From NCBI GenBank assembly GCA_030740155.1, contig JASLXV010000077.1, positions 1-62,894 on the forward strand: a stretch of 62,894 bases of DNA. The letters are read 5' to 3'. Below are positions 1 to 9,343 of this stretch, in pieces. The position numbers and the translations under genes are program-made. Numbering within the stretch: the first letter of the stretch is position 1; the number at the start of each line of letters is the position of its first letter. The notes under the pieces were generated by a model. The model was given only the letters and a program-made list of their open reading frames with translations, had not been told where the DNA came from and ran no database searches. This DNA comes from Dehalococcoidia bacterium (lineage in GTDB: Bacteria; Chloroflexota; Dehalococcoidia; Lucifugimonadales; UBA3495).

Positions 1-1
1 C

Positions 2-141
2 AGGGAGATCATCGAGGACTGGCGGGTGGACTACAACGAGGTCAGGCCCCACAGCTCGTTGAACGGCAGATCGCTGAGGGAGTATGCTGAGGCAGCAGTC
101 GGACTCTACTAACCAGCGATACTAACTTCGGGGGAAGGTCA
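2..141 (+). mobile_element. 3' end of an IS3-family (IS407-group-like) transposase plus right terminal inverted repeat; element runs off the left edge
   Basis: Frame 2 reads REIIEDWRVDYNEVRPHSSLNGRSLREYAEAAVGLY* (TAA 110-112). WRxDYNxxRPHSSL is the IS3-family integrase-core C-terminal motif. It is followed by GGGGAAGGTCA ending at 141, matching the TGAC...CA ends of this group. Confidence 0.85.
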
Positions 142-296
142 GTATTAACAAAACAACCGCTGTGTGGGCCTTACAGGGCTAAATAGGGGTATACTACAGC
201 TACATAGCTCCGGTTTCAGAATATTTTCTTTGTACCTAACCTCTAGGTAGAGGTCCCATAACAAGTTGGGGATTTGCACAATCCGGGGGGTGGGCA

Positions 297-848
297 ATGA
301 AGTTACCTAGAATTATGGTGGTACTGATTGGAATCGCCCTGTACATTGCTACCGTTGGTTGTTCCAGTGCCCCTCCAGAATCAATTTCCACGACGAACAT
401 AGATGCATCTGTAGTGGTGGTCACCACAACCACCCAAAAATCTGTTGTTGCGCCGATTCCGGCCAACACGCCGACGTCTCCGACCGATACTCTCACGCTG
501 GTGCCCGCCCAGCAAGCAATTCGGGTGCGTGACACAGACGCCCTGCGGCAGCTGACCTTCGCTTATTGGGATGCGTTGAACTCTTACGATGCGGAAAAGG
601 CGGTGTCGTATCTGGAGGAGAACTACCGTCAGGCACATAGGGGTGAGGTGGAAAAGGGTATCAACCAGATGAAGATGTTTGGGGTGAAGCTAGGGGTAAG
701 CGAGGAAAGCCCGCCTCGCATAAAAGGGGTAAACGAGGCAGAGATGTATGTGGCTTTGAAAGAGCCGCTAGGCACCCGTCGCATCCTTATGAAATTTGCA
801 ACAGTCGAAGGGGAGTGGAAGATAACCTTTGCAGAGGAAGTAGAGTAA
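297..848 (+). CDS. Hypothetical lipoprotein, probable NTF2-like C-terminal domain
   Basis: Hydrophobic signal with lipobox TVG-C, Thr/Pro-rich linker, then a helix 'YWDALNSYDAEKAVSYL' and terminal 'EGEWKI' strand typical of NTF2/DUF4878-like folds. Confidence 0.65.
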   Translation: MKLPRIMVVLIGIALYIATVGCSSAPPESISTTNIDASVVVVTTTTQKSVVAPIPANTPTSPTDTLTLVPAQQAIRVRDTDALRQLTFAYWDALNSYDAEKAVSYLEENYRQAHRGEVEKGINQMKMFGVKLGVSEESPPRIKGVNEAEMYVALKEPLGTRRILMKFATVEGEWKITFAEEVE

Positions 849-1198
849 CCCAAGTGAGTTGAATTAGATAGCGAGACTCTATACCAACTAGATACCACCT
901 ATAAATAAAAACGTATAACCAGTAGGCAACAACAAAACCCTTCTCTCAGCAATATGGGAGAAGGGTTTATTAATTGGGGATATATCGTAGGGAAGAAGAA
1001 TTCTATGCTGGGTATGAAGGTATTATCTTTTTCTATGCCTCGCTTGTTTGATTATCTAAGGCGTATCCTGTGCCTGAGTCGTGCCTAGTTTTTTTCAATT
1101 ATTTTTTCAAGTTTTGCCTGTACACCCATGTACAACTATGGATGCACAGGGGATAATTTTGAGGCTAGAGATGGGGGTTCAGATACGGTGTAATACGT

Positions 1199-1236
1199 TT
1201 AGAAGGCAGCCGCTCTATCCCCTGAGCTACTGGGAC
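1199..1236 (-). pseudogene. 5' half (nt 1-38) of tRNA-Arg(TCT), truncated at the end of the anticodon loop; probable att junction
   Basis: Minus strand reads GTCCCAG TA GCTC AGGGGATA GAGC G GCTGC CTTCTAA (acceptor 5' strand, D-arm, anticodon 5' strand and loop). The expected GCAGC and T-arm do not follow; composition turns AT-rich. Confidence 0.85.
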
Positions 1237-1327
1237 GCAATGTGTTTCTGAGGGCTGACTGGTACCGTCGATCTGCCCACAAAGCCTTGCCGGCCTCATG
1301 TACCGGCCCCACCTGCCAGCCTAATCT

Positions 1328-1337
1328 GATTGTACCA
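1328..1337 (-). promoter_or_regulatory. Extended -10 element (TGGTACAAT) upstream of the tRNA-Arg half
   Basis: Plus strand gattgtacca = minus TGGTACAATC, about 90 nt upstream of the tRNA 5' end. Confidence 0.45.
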
Positions 1338-1554
1338 GACGCGTAGAGGAAATTCACGAGAGCAACGCCATTTTTCGCCTCACGGCGGCCCAGGAGCCGG
1401 TATTCGTCCGGCCTGGGTGAACCGGCGGCCGGTTGAATCTCGGTGGGTCCGGGGTTAGAATTAACAGCCATCCCGTCGGCTGGAACAGGAGGCGTTGGTT
1501 TTGGCGCCCCGCCGGTCTCCGCACCTGGCAAGTCTTCCATTGGGAGGAGAGCCT

Positions 1555-2295
1555 ATGGGCGCTCGAAAACGCTTGGGGATACTGGTACCCGCCACCAACA
1601 GTGTGGCGGAACCCGATTTCAACCGGGCCGTCCCGGATGACGTGACCGTCCACTCGCACCGGCTTTGGCTTCAAAACCAGGCCCTCACCGACGAGGCAAT
1701 CGACCGGATGAACTCGGATATTGAGGCGGGTGCAAGGTACCTGGCGCAGGCGAATGTCGACGTGATCGCCGTGGCGGCCACGTTCAACACCTTCTACCGG
1801 GGACCGGAGTGGCCACTGGAGATGGAGCGAAACTTGGGCGCGGCAGTGGGTACTCCCGTCGTGCTCACCAGCCCCTCGGTGGTCTTCGCGCTGCGCACCC
1901 TGGGCGCCCATCGTATCTCGATCGCGACTCCCTATCCCGACTTCGCCAACGAAAAACTTCGGGTCTATTTCGAAGGTCTGGGCTTCCAGGTCCTCAACGT
2001 GGACAGCGACCCAAGCATTTGCATGGCTGGTACCCAAGAAATCAACGAGCACGACCCCAGGGAGATTGCCAAGTTTGCGGCGACCGCCGCCCGGCCCGAG
2101 GCCGATGCTATGTTCCTGCCGTGCACCGCGTGGCGGACCCTGGAGGTGGCTCAGGAGCTGGAACAGCGCCTTGGCAAACCGGTGGTCACGTCGAGCCAGG
2201 CTACTATCTGGCGGTGCCTGCAAACGGTGGGCGTCGACCAGCCGATCTCGGGGCGAGGCCGGCTGCTGGAGGACATGCCCGCGATTACCGGGTGA
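1555..2295 (+). CDS. Asp/Glu racemase superfamily protein (maleate isomerase/arylmalonate decarboxylase family)
   Basis: GILVPATNSVAEPDF, ATPY, FLPCTAW and LGKPVVTSSQA motifs; RBS GGGAGGAG before ATG 1555. Confidence 0.9.
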   Translation: MGARKRLGILVPATNSVAEPDFNRAVPDDVTVHSHRLWLQNQALTDEAIDRMNSDIEAGARYLAQANVDVIAVAATFNTFYRGPEWPLEMERNLGAAVGTPVVLTSPSVVFALRTLGAHRISIATPYPDFANEKLRVYFEGLGFQVLNVDSDPSICMAGTQEINEHDPREIAKFAATAARPEADAMFLPCTAWRTLEVAQELEQRLGKPVVTSSQATIWRCLQTVGVDQPISGRGRLLEDMPAITG

Positions 2296-2547
2296 GCGTA
2301 GCCCACCCGGTCGGGGTCGCTCCCCCAACGCCGCACCCTTGCGGCACTCTGTCACCACTTCGGCCGATGGCGGCGGCCCGGCTCGCCGTCACCATCGCTC
2401 GGTCAAGTTCAACGCTATTGCCCATCGCTGCCGTGTGGCGTTCGATCCGCGTTCAAGTAATGAAGCAATATCGCCTCGTCGCGGTTGATATATTCTCCGA
2501 TCCGTCGAGGGGCGTCACGCTCACCGGTGCAACGCGGCCAGGCGTCC

Positions 2548-2576
2548 TTGACACGAACTACCGGGGAGCGTAGGCT
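2548..2576 (+). promoter_or_regulatory. sigma70-like promoter for the flavoprotein pair
   Basis: TTGACA-17 nt-TAGGCT. Confidence 0.5.
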
Positions 2577-2740
2577 GCGAAAGGCGGTGATAAGTACCTC
2601 AAACTGCGACCAATGGCCGGGAAAGAGGACGGCCGCTGTTGAACCATGGAGCGCAATAAGACTGGTGGGCGGGCCGAGGCCGGATAGGCATCACTTGCCG
2701 GGTCATGCCCCCCGGGGATGGGCGCGGAGGTCCGAAGCAT

Positions 2741-4219
2741 TTGGTGATGCGCAGACAGACCGATGTGGTCGTCGTAGGTGGCGGAATGTCCGGGATGTGC
2801 GCCTCGCTGGCGGCATTGGAGGACCACGCTCAGGTCATCACCGTGGAGAAAGGCACCCGGTCCGGGGGGTCCATGAGGCTTTCCGGCGGGCTCATCTGGA
2901 CTTTCCTCAGCCGGGCTCTCGTGCGTGAGAAGATACCCGGCGGCAACATCGCCCTTCAGGACATGGTACTGGATGACCTGTGGGAGGGGATCTCCTGGCT
3001 AGAGGGCCACGGCGCCATCCTGGACGCGGAGCGGGGTTTCAAGAGCTACGGCCGGGGCCGCGCCGCCAGCCCCCCCGATCTTGCCTGGCTGTTCGAGTCC
3101 CGGCTGCAAGCCCTTGGCGGAGAACTTGAGCTGGAAACATCTATGGAGACCTTGCTGTACGAGGATGGCGTGGTCCGTGGGGTGCGAGTGTCGTCGCCAG
3201 GGGGCGCCGTCGACATCGAGGCCGGGGCTGTCGTCCTGGCCAGCGGCGGCTTCCAGGGAAACCCCGAACTGCTGGCGCGGTACGTAACGCCCCACGCGGG
3301 CAAGGTCTACCTGCGCGCTAACCCGTGGAGCACGGGCGACGGCTTTCTAGCCGCCACGGGCATCGGCGCCGCCGTCACCCCGGCAATGTCGGCTTTCTAC
3401 GGCCACGCCCTTCCCGCCCCTCCGACCGGATTCGGCCCAAAGGAATTGAGAGACATGACCCAGCGCCAGGGGCATGTGTCCGTGGCCATCAACCTCGATG
3501 GCCTCCGGTTCGCCGACGAATCGGGAGGTACGGGCGAGGAGCACCTCGCCCAAGCAATGGCTTTGCAGCGGGACGCCACGGCCGTCTACATCACGGACGC
3601 GGAGATCGCGGAGATTCCCCTGCGGCAAGGCCTGCCCCGGACCTTCACCGAACGGCTGCGTAAACGCGGCGGCCCGGTGATCGAACGGCAGACGCTGGAG
3701 GAACTGTGCGAGGCCCTGGAGGTTTGGGGAGTCGCCGGCGCCGGCGCGCTCCTCACCCTGCGGGAGTTCAATCAAGCGCTTGCCGACGGGCATCCGGACC
3801 AACTCGATCCCCCACGGCGAGGGAACCACTACCCGATCATGAAGCCGCCCTTTACCGCGGTACTGGTCCGGCCGGGCGTCACGTTCACCCACGGCGGGCT
3901 GGAAGTTGACACGGAGTTGCGGGTCCTCCGGCGGTCGTCGAGCAGCTCCACCCTTCCCCTGGCGATCGCGGAGCACTCGGAAGTGAGGTTCAATCCCATC
4001 CCCAACCTTTATGCAGCGGGTTGCGACGTGGGCAACATCAGCAACGCCGGCTACATGGGCGGGCTCGGGACCGCCCTCACCACCGGGCGGCGGGCCGGAC
4101 TGGGAGCGGCTGCCTGTGCGCGAGCGCGGAAGGCCGGAGGGCAGGCCGAGGCCGTATCTGTATCCAAGGGCCGGACCCTGCCCCAGAGGATGGGCGAGGA
4201 GGCTCGGAGCGCATGGTGA
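2741..4219 (+). CDS. FAD-dependent oxidoreductase (FAD_binding_2; flavocytochrome/fumarate reductase/KstD-like), copy 1
   Basis: VVVVGGGMSG dinucleotide fold, SGGSMRLSGG, LASGGFQGN, STGDG, RFADE, TFTHGGL. Start (TTG 2741 or ATG 2747) chosen by alignment with copy 2. Confidence 0.88.
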   Translation: MVMRRQTDVVVVGGGMSGMCASLAALEDHAQVITVEKGTRSGGSMRLSGGLIWTFLSRALVREKIPGGNIALQDMVLDDLWEGISWLEGHGAILDAERGFKSYGRGRAASPPDLAWLFESRLQALGGELELETSMETLLYEDGVVRGVRVSSPGGAVDIEAGAVVLASGGFQGNPELLARYVTPHAGKVYLRANPWSTGDGFLAATGIGAAVTPAMSAFYGHALPAPPTGFGPKELRDMTQRQGHVSVAINLDGLRFADESGGTGEEHLAQAMALQRDATAVYITDAEIAEIPLRQGLPRTFTERLRKRGGPVIERQTLEELCEALEVWGVAGAGALLTLREFNQALADGHPDQLDPPRRGNHYPIMKPPFTAVLVRPGVTFTHGGLEVDTELRVLRRSSSSSTLPLAIAEHSEVRFNPIPNLYAAGCDVGNISNAGYMGGLGTALTTGRRAGLGAAACARARKAGGQAEAVSVSKGRTLPQRMGEEARSAW

Positions 4220-5655
4220 TCCGCCGGCAGACTGATGTGGTCGTCGTAGGTGGCGGAATGGCCGGTTTGTGCGCCTCGTTAGCGGCGCTGGAGAACCACG
4301 CCAACGTTATCACCCTGGAGAAAGGCTCCCGGTCGGGGGGCTCCATGAAGCTTTCCGGCGGGCTCATCTGGACTTTCACCAGCAAAGCCCTGCTGCGAGA
4401 GATGATGCCCGACGGCAACATCGACCTTCAGGACATGGTGTTGGATGATCTGTGGGAGGGAATATCCTGGCTGGAAGGCCACGGCGTCAAATTGGAGGCG
4501 GAGCGGGATTTCATGGGCCACGGCCGGGGCCGCGCCGCCAATGCCCACGACCTCAACGCGGTGCTCGAGTCTCGCGTGCAGGCGCTGGGCGGAGAAGTTG
4601 AGCTGGAATCGCCCATGGATAGCCTGCTGCACGAAGACGGCGAGGTCCGTGGCGTGCGGGTATTCTCGAGGAGCGGCATCGTTGACATCGAGGCCGGGGC
4701 CGTCGTCCTGGCGACCGGCGGCTTTCAAGGCAATCCTGAATTGCTGGCGCGGTACGTGACGCCCCACGTCGATAAAGTCTACCTGCGCTCCAACCCGTGG
4801 AGCACGGGGGACGGCTTTCTCGCCGCCACCGGAATTGGCGCCGCCGCCACCTCGTCAATGTCGACCTTCTACGGCCACTCACTCCCGGCCCCTCCGGCCA
4901 GTTTCGGGCCCAAAGAGTTCATGGAAATGACCCAGCGCTACGGTCCCGCGGCCGTGGCCATCAACCTCGACGGACGCCGGTTCACCGACGAATCGGCGGG
5001 GACGGGCGAGGAGCGCCTCAACCATGCGATAGCTCTGCAACGGGACGCGACGGCCGTCTACGTCGTGGATGCGGAAATCGCCGACGCCCCCCTGCAATAC
5101 GGCCAGCGAGCCCGCGTCTCCCTCGAACGGGTGCGTCGCGCCGGCGGCCCGGTGATGGAACACAAATCACTGGAGGAACTGTGCGAGGGCCTGGAAGGGT
5201 GGGGGGTTGCCGGCGGCAATGCGCTTCTCACCCTGCGGGAGTACAATAAGTCACTCGCCGGGCGATCATGGGCCGGGCAATCGCAGGTCGGAGGTCTGCA
5301 GGACCGGCTCGATCCTCCACGGCGGGGTAACCGCTTCCCGATAGCGAAGCCACCTTTCAGCGCGGTAATGGTCCGGCCCGGCGTCACGTTTACCACCGGC
5401 GGGCTGGAAGTCGACACGGAACTGCGGGTCCTCCGGCGGTCGTCTAGCATCTCCACCCTTCCCCTAGCGATCGCGGAGAACTCGGAGGTGAGGATCAGTC
5501 CCATCCCCCACCTGTACGCCGCGGGCTGCGACGTGGGCAACGTCAGCAACGCGGGCTACCTCGGCGGGCTCGCGACAGCTCTCGCCTCGGGGCGGCGCGC
5601 CGGCCAGGGGGCGGCCGCCTGTGCCCGAGCGGGCGACGCGGTAGCGGGGGCGTGA
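4213..5655 (+). CDS. FAD-dependent oxidoreductase (FAD_binding_2), copy 2; tandem paralogue
   Basis: Colinear with copy 1 along its length; RBS GAGGAGG, ATG 4213 overlaps the copy 1 stop. Confidence 0.88.
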   Translation: MVIRRQTDVVVVGGGMAGLCASLAALENHANVITLEKGSRSGGSMKLSGGLIWTFTSKALLREMMPDGNIDLQDMVLDDLWEGISWLEGHGVKLEAERDFMGHGRGRAANAHDLNAVLESRVQALGGEVELESPMDSLLHEDGEVRGVRVFSRSGIVDIEAGAVVLATGGFQGNPELLARYVTPHVDKVYLRSNPWSTGDGFLAATGIGAAATSSMSTFYGHSLPAPPASFGPKEFMEMTQRYGPAAVAINLDGRRFTDESAGTGEERLNHAIALQRDATAVYVVDAEIADAPLQYGQRARVSLERVRRAGGPVMEHKSLEELCEGLEGWGVAGGNALLTLREYNKSLAGRSWAGQSQVGGLQDRLDPPRRGNRFPIAKPPFSAVMVRPGVTFTTGGLEVDTELRVLRRSSSISTLPLAIAENSEVRISPIPHLYAAGCDVGNVSNAGYLGGLATALASGRRAGQGAAACARAGDAVAGA

Positions 5656-5764
5656 AATGGGGTCGGCGGAGCGGTGCCCCATTCTAGAAAGAGGGCTATT
5701 CGGTAATGGCCGCTGCGGTGACTCATCAGGCCAACAAGAGAATATCAACAGGAGGAGGTAGGTT

Positions 5765-6214
5765 ATGGTCACGGTTCAAGAGCTTGCGTTCGAAGATGTT
5801 CAGGTAGGTGTCGCGACCCAGTCCGTCGAGATTGAACTCACTCCCGCGCTGGTCCAGTGGTACGCACATGCCCTGGACAGCCCCAACGACAACTGGTATC
5901 GGTACAGTTCACCTTTGGGAGAGCCCATCGTGCCACCGGCGGTGTTGGAGAACCTGGGTCTGGGCCTCAGGGGTGTTCGCATCATTGCCCCCGGCGGCAG
6001 CGTTCACTCCCGGTGTGAAGTGGAACACAAGAAGCCCGTAACGGTGGGCACGAAGATTCGCGCCGAGGGGAAGGTTGTCGAGAAATACGAAAAGCGGGGC
6101 AAGTGGTATCTGGTGTGGGAAGTCAGGATTACCGACGAGGGCGACGAGGAGATATTGATTGGTACCTACACCAATTGTGCTCTGCCCGCGGGGCAAAAGG
6201 TTCAGTACCGCTAA
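5765..6214 (+). CDS. MaoC/hot-dog fold dehydratase subunit
   Basis: SPLGEPIVPP, GGSVH, KPVTVG and EKYEKRGKWY motifs; strong RBS AGGAGGAGG. Confidence 0.85.
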   Translation: MVTVQELAFEDVQVGVATQSVEIELTPALVQWYAHALDSPNDNWYRYSSPLGEPIVPPAVLENLGLGLRGVRIIAPGGSVHSRCEVEHKKPVTVGTKIRAEGKVVEKYEKRGKWYLVWEVRITDEGDEEILIGTYTNCALPAGQKVQYR

Positions 6215-6262
6215 ATAACCTTCGGGAATGAGGGATAATCTTACAATCTAAGGAGGAGTGCA

Positions 6263-6709
6263 ATGACTACCGGAGTAGTGAACGTGGCAGACCTTAATGT
6301 AGGCGATGATCTCCCGAGCCTGTCCTTTACCATGAGCCTCGGGCACATGCGCCTCTTTTCCGGCTGGCCGGACTGGGCCAAGATGGGCCGAAACCCGGTG
6401 AACCAGCACACCAGCCCCGAAATGGCGGAGAAAGTGGGGCGGCCGGCACCCATCGTTCAGGGCCTCCAGATGTCCGCTTGCGTGGAGGAGATGCTCATCA
6501 ACACCTTTGGCATGGACTGGTTCTCCGGCGGCAAGATCATGGTGTACTATGTCGGGATCACCATCCCCGGGGATGTCATTACCGCCAAGGGAAAGGTCAT
6601 CGAGAAGACCCCACAAGAGGATGGCAAGACCCTGTTGGAAATGGAAGTTTGGGGAGAGAACCAGCGGGCCGCGAAGGTGACCGTCGGTTTCGCCTCCATC
6701 GCCGTATAG
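6263..6709 (+). CDS. MaoC family dehydratase subunit
   Basis: LNVGDDLP, NQHTSPEMA, PIVQG, PGDVITAKGKV; RBS AAGGAGGAG. Confidence 0.87.
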   Translation: MTTGVVNVADLNVGDDLPSLSFTMSLGHMRLFSGWPDWAKMGRNPVNQHTSPEMAEKVGRPAPIVQGLQMSACVEEMLINTFGMDWFSGGKIMVYYVGITIPGDVITAKGKVIEKTPQEDGKTLLEMEVWGENQRAAKVTVGFASIAV

Positions 6710-6782
6710 CCCATTTCCGGCTCGGCCCCACACCTCCAGCGGGGCTTGGCTTCAAAACCGTCGTTTCGAAGAGCGGCCGCAC

Positions 6783-6815
6783 TGTCTTTCCGAGGAGCGA
6801 AGGGACAAGGGATCT
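6783..6815. repeat. Degenerate REP-like element (GTCNTTCCGAGGAGCG...GATCT type)
   Basis: tgtctttccgaggagcgaagggacaagggatct resembles half of a common intergenic palindrome family; a more degenerate relative lies at about 17501-17573. Confidence 0.35.
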
Positions 6816-6992
6816 GGTGTGGGATTTTTCCAGGGGAACTTGGAAAGAAAACTTGGACCCGGCCCCGTCTCCACCTCGCTTGACACGGGGTGACCTACAC
6901 TATATTACTTTGGGGCCGGGCCTCCGGGGGGCGTTGGGCCGGAGGCCGGTCAAGGAAATGGCCATCAGCAGGCCTTGGCCGCACTGGAAAAT

Positions 6993-7028
6993 AGAAGAGG
7001 CATCGGGGTATTCCCCGATGCCTCTTCT
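6993..7028. terminator. Intrinsic terminator hairpin, probably bidirectional
   Basis: Perfect 16-bp stem AGAAGAGGCATCGGGG-TATT-CCCCGATGCCTCTTCT between convergent genes. Confidence 0.85.
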
Positions 7029-7066
7029 GTTAGGCCGGATTCTCTCGCGCCTTGCCTCGAGGTGTC

Positions 7067-8737
7067 TTAGCCCTCGTAGGTGCGCTTTTGGCCGATGGAG
7101 TCAGTCTTGTGGGAGGAGAACTCCTGGGTGATCACCTTCACCTCGGACTCCACCACCACGTTGATGAGGGCGGGCCTACCGGCGGCGGCGGCGCGCTCCA
7201 GGGCGGGCCGGATGTCTTCCGGCTTTTCCACTCGTTCGGCGTAGCAGCCGTAGGCCTCCGCCATCCCCTCATAGTTGCTGAAGCCCAGGTATCGGCCGGG
7301 CTCATCCTTCTTTGCGGGCGCCCCGGCGGCCCACCCAGCGTTGTTGCTGATGACGGTGATGACGTTGATCTTATTGCGGGACATCGAGTCCAGCTCCATG
7401 GAGTTGAAGCCAAAGGACCCGTCGCCCGTGAGCACCAGCACCTGCTTCTCGGGCTTGGCAACCTTGGCCCCGATCCCGAAGGGCAAGCCGGTGCCGATGT
7501 TGCCGAAGGGACCGGAGTTCAACCGGCTGCCGGGGTTGAAGCTGGGGATCGACTGACGGCCGAAGTTCAGGATCTCCTGCCCGTCCACCACCAGGATGGC
7601 GTCCCGGTCCAGGAAGTCCCTGACCTCTTTGCAGAGCCTGAGGGGATGGATGGGGACCGCGTCGCTCTCCATCTGGACCTCTTGCTTCTCCTTGGTGGCG
7701 GCGTCTTGGGCGCGAAGCGTATCGATCCACTCGCCGCTGGCGCCCTTGCGCCGGTCTCCCAGCGCATCGGTGAGCTGCTGGAAAACTACCTTGCAATCGC
7801 CGACGATGCCGACGTCCACCGCCCGGTTGTGACCTATCTCCGATGCGTCGATGTCCACCTGGATTATCTTGGCGTCGCCGTTGAGCCTGGGGGCCTGGGC
7901 GAAGGCCAGCATGTAGTTGAACCGGGTGCCCATGACCAGGATGACGTCGGCCTCCCTGAAGGCCTTGGAGCGGGCGGCGAGGAAACTCATATCATGGTCG
8001 TCGGGGACGATCCCTCGGGTCTGAGGCATGGTGAAGAACGGGATGTTGGTCTTCTCCACGAACTCCTGGAACTCCGGCCCCGATTGGGACCAGAAGGTGC
8101 CCGTGCCCGCAATGATTATCGGCTTTTTAGCCTTGGCCAGAAGCTCGGCCGCTTCCTTGATCTGGGCGGGGTCCCCGCCGGGCCGGGCAGCGGTCCTGGT
8201 CCCCGTGGGGTAGGAGACTAAGTCCTCATCCACCGGGTCGGAAAGGATGTCCGAAGGCAAGTCGATGTACGCGGGTCCCGGCCTCCCGGTGGTCACCGCC
8301 CGGAAGGCAGTGCTCACGATTTCGGGAATACGCTTGGCGTCAATGGCCCGCTCCGCCCATTTGGTGACCGGCTTGAAGATCGCCACCTGATCGATCTCCT
8401 GGAAGCCGCCCTTGCCGAAGAGGACCGCGGCGCTGGCCCCTCCCAGCAATATTACTGGTGCGCAGTCTGTCAGGGCGTTGGCCATGCTGGTCACCGCGTT
8501 GGTAGTCCCCGGTCCCGAGGCGGTAACGAAGATGCCCGGCTTGCCGGTCACCCGGGCGTAGGCGTGGGCCTCAAAACCCGCGGCCTGTTCATGCCGGCAG
8601 TCGACACATCTGATGCCCAGCTTGTCGGCAGCCACGATGATGGGCGTGATGGGGCCACCGGTGAGGAAGAAGATGGTATCCACTCCCTCATTCTTCAGCG
8701 CCCTGGCGGTAATAATGGATCCATTGGTTTCAGCCAT
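7067..8737 (-). CDS. ThDP-dependent enzyme, oxalyl-CoA decarboxylase / 2-hydroxyacyl-CoA lyase family
   Basis: RHEQAAGF, SGPGTTN, GGFQEIDQ, SGPFGNIGTGLPF, ThDP motif GDGSFGF...NN. Confidence 0.88.
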   Translation of the reverse strand: MAETNGSIITARALKNEGVDTIFFLTGGPITPIIVAADKLGIRCVDCRHEQAAGFEAHAYARVTGKPGIFVTASGPGTTNAVTSMANALTDCAPVILLGGASAAVLFGKGGFQEIDQVAIFKPVTKWAERAIDAKRIPEIVSTAFRAVTTGRPGPAYIDLPSDILSDPVDEDLVSYPTGTRTAARPGGDPAQIKEAAELLAKAKKPIIIAGTGTFWSQSGPEFQEFVEKTNIPFFTMPQTRGIVPDDHDMSFLAARSKAFREADVILVMGTRFNYMLAFAQAPRLNGDAKIIQVDIDASEIGHNRAVDVGIVGDCKVVFQQLTDALGDRRKGASGEWIDTLRAQDAATKEKQEVQMESDAVPIHPLRLCKEVRDFLDRDAILVVDGQEILNFGRQSIPSFNPGSRLNSGPFGNIGTGLPFGIGAKVAKPEKQVLVLTGDGSFGFNSMELDSMSRNKINVITVISNNAGWAAGAPAKKDEPGRYLGFSNYEGMAEAYGCYAERVEKPEDIRPALERAAAAGRPALINVVVESEVKVITQEFSSHKTDSIGQKRTYEG

Positions 8738-9343
8738 ACTTCCTCCTTAAAACAGATGAAGCTCCGAGATCATCGCCGGGTTGTCGCCATCCGGTTGGCC
8801 GCCGCGGAACCGGCGTCACAGCGCGGGGCCCGCTTCGCCCCCGTGGACTCCCTTTAATCTGGGAAGAGAAGTCCCGGTGAAAGTGGCGGCAATCAGCAGT
8901 TTACAGGCTCATCCCCGGCTCAGTTTATCCCCGCTGTTCCCGGCGGTAAGTGCCAGATGGTACCGGTGTCAAACAACCCTTGGCTTTCGCGTCGGGGCGC
9001 GTCTTGGACACGGCCCGGACCAGTGGCCCGGACGCAGTGGAAACAAGCCCCACGGTTCGACAGTGTACCTTGGGAAAACCGGGAGCGCAACCCGTCGCCC
9101 CGTAACCTCCCGCTCGCCTAGCCAGGCATTGTTGCGGGATCAAGAACTACGGAACCCCCAAGGGCCGGAAGCGCTCCCGTGCCGGGGCGCGCTGGTTGAC
9201 CGGGACCGCCACGGTGGCAGCCTGAGCCAGTGGCATTCCAACTGGTCCCGGATGTTGGAATTGGGGCACCTGCCCCCTGAACGGCCTAGGGCCCTCCAAG
9301 AAATTATCTCGACAATCGGGAGGCAGAGACGATTACTGAACGG

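Noticed and set aside
1000..1198. Group I intron in the tRNA-Arg anticodon loop
   Set aside because: I see no recognisable core elements and no 3' exon in the window; not formally excluded without an Rfam scan.
8860..8890. GGGAA...CCGGTGAAA resembling a cobalamin riboswitch
   Set aside because: Wrong strand for the adjacent gene and no B12 box. None was recognised upstream of the corrinoid cluster either.
8923..8936. GTTTATCCCCGCTG resembles the start of a type I-E CRISPR repeat
   Set aside because: Single partial match; no second repeat, spacers or cas genes.
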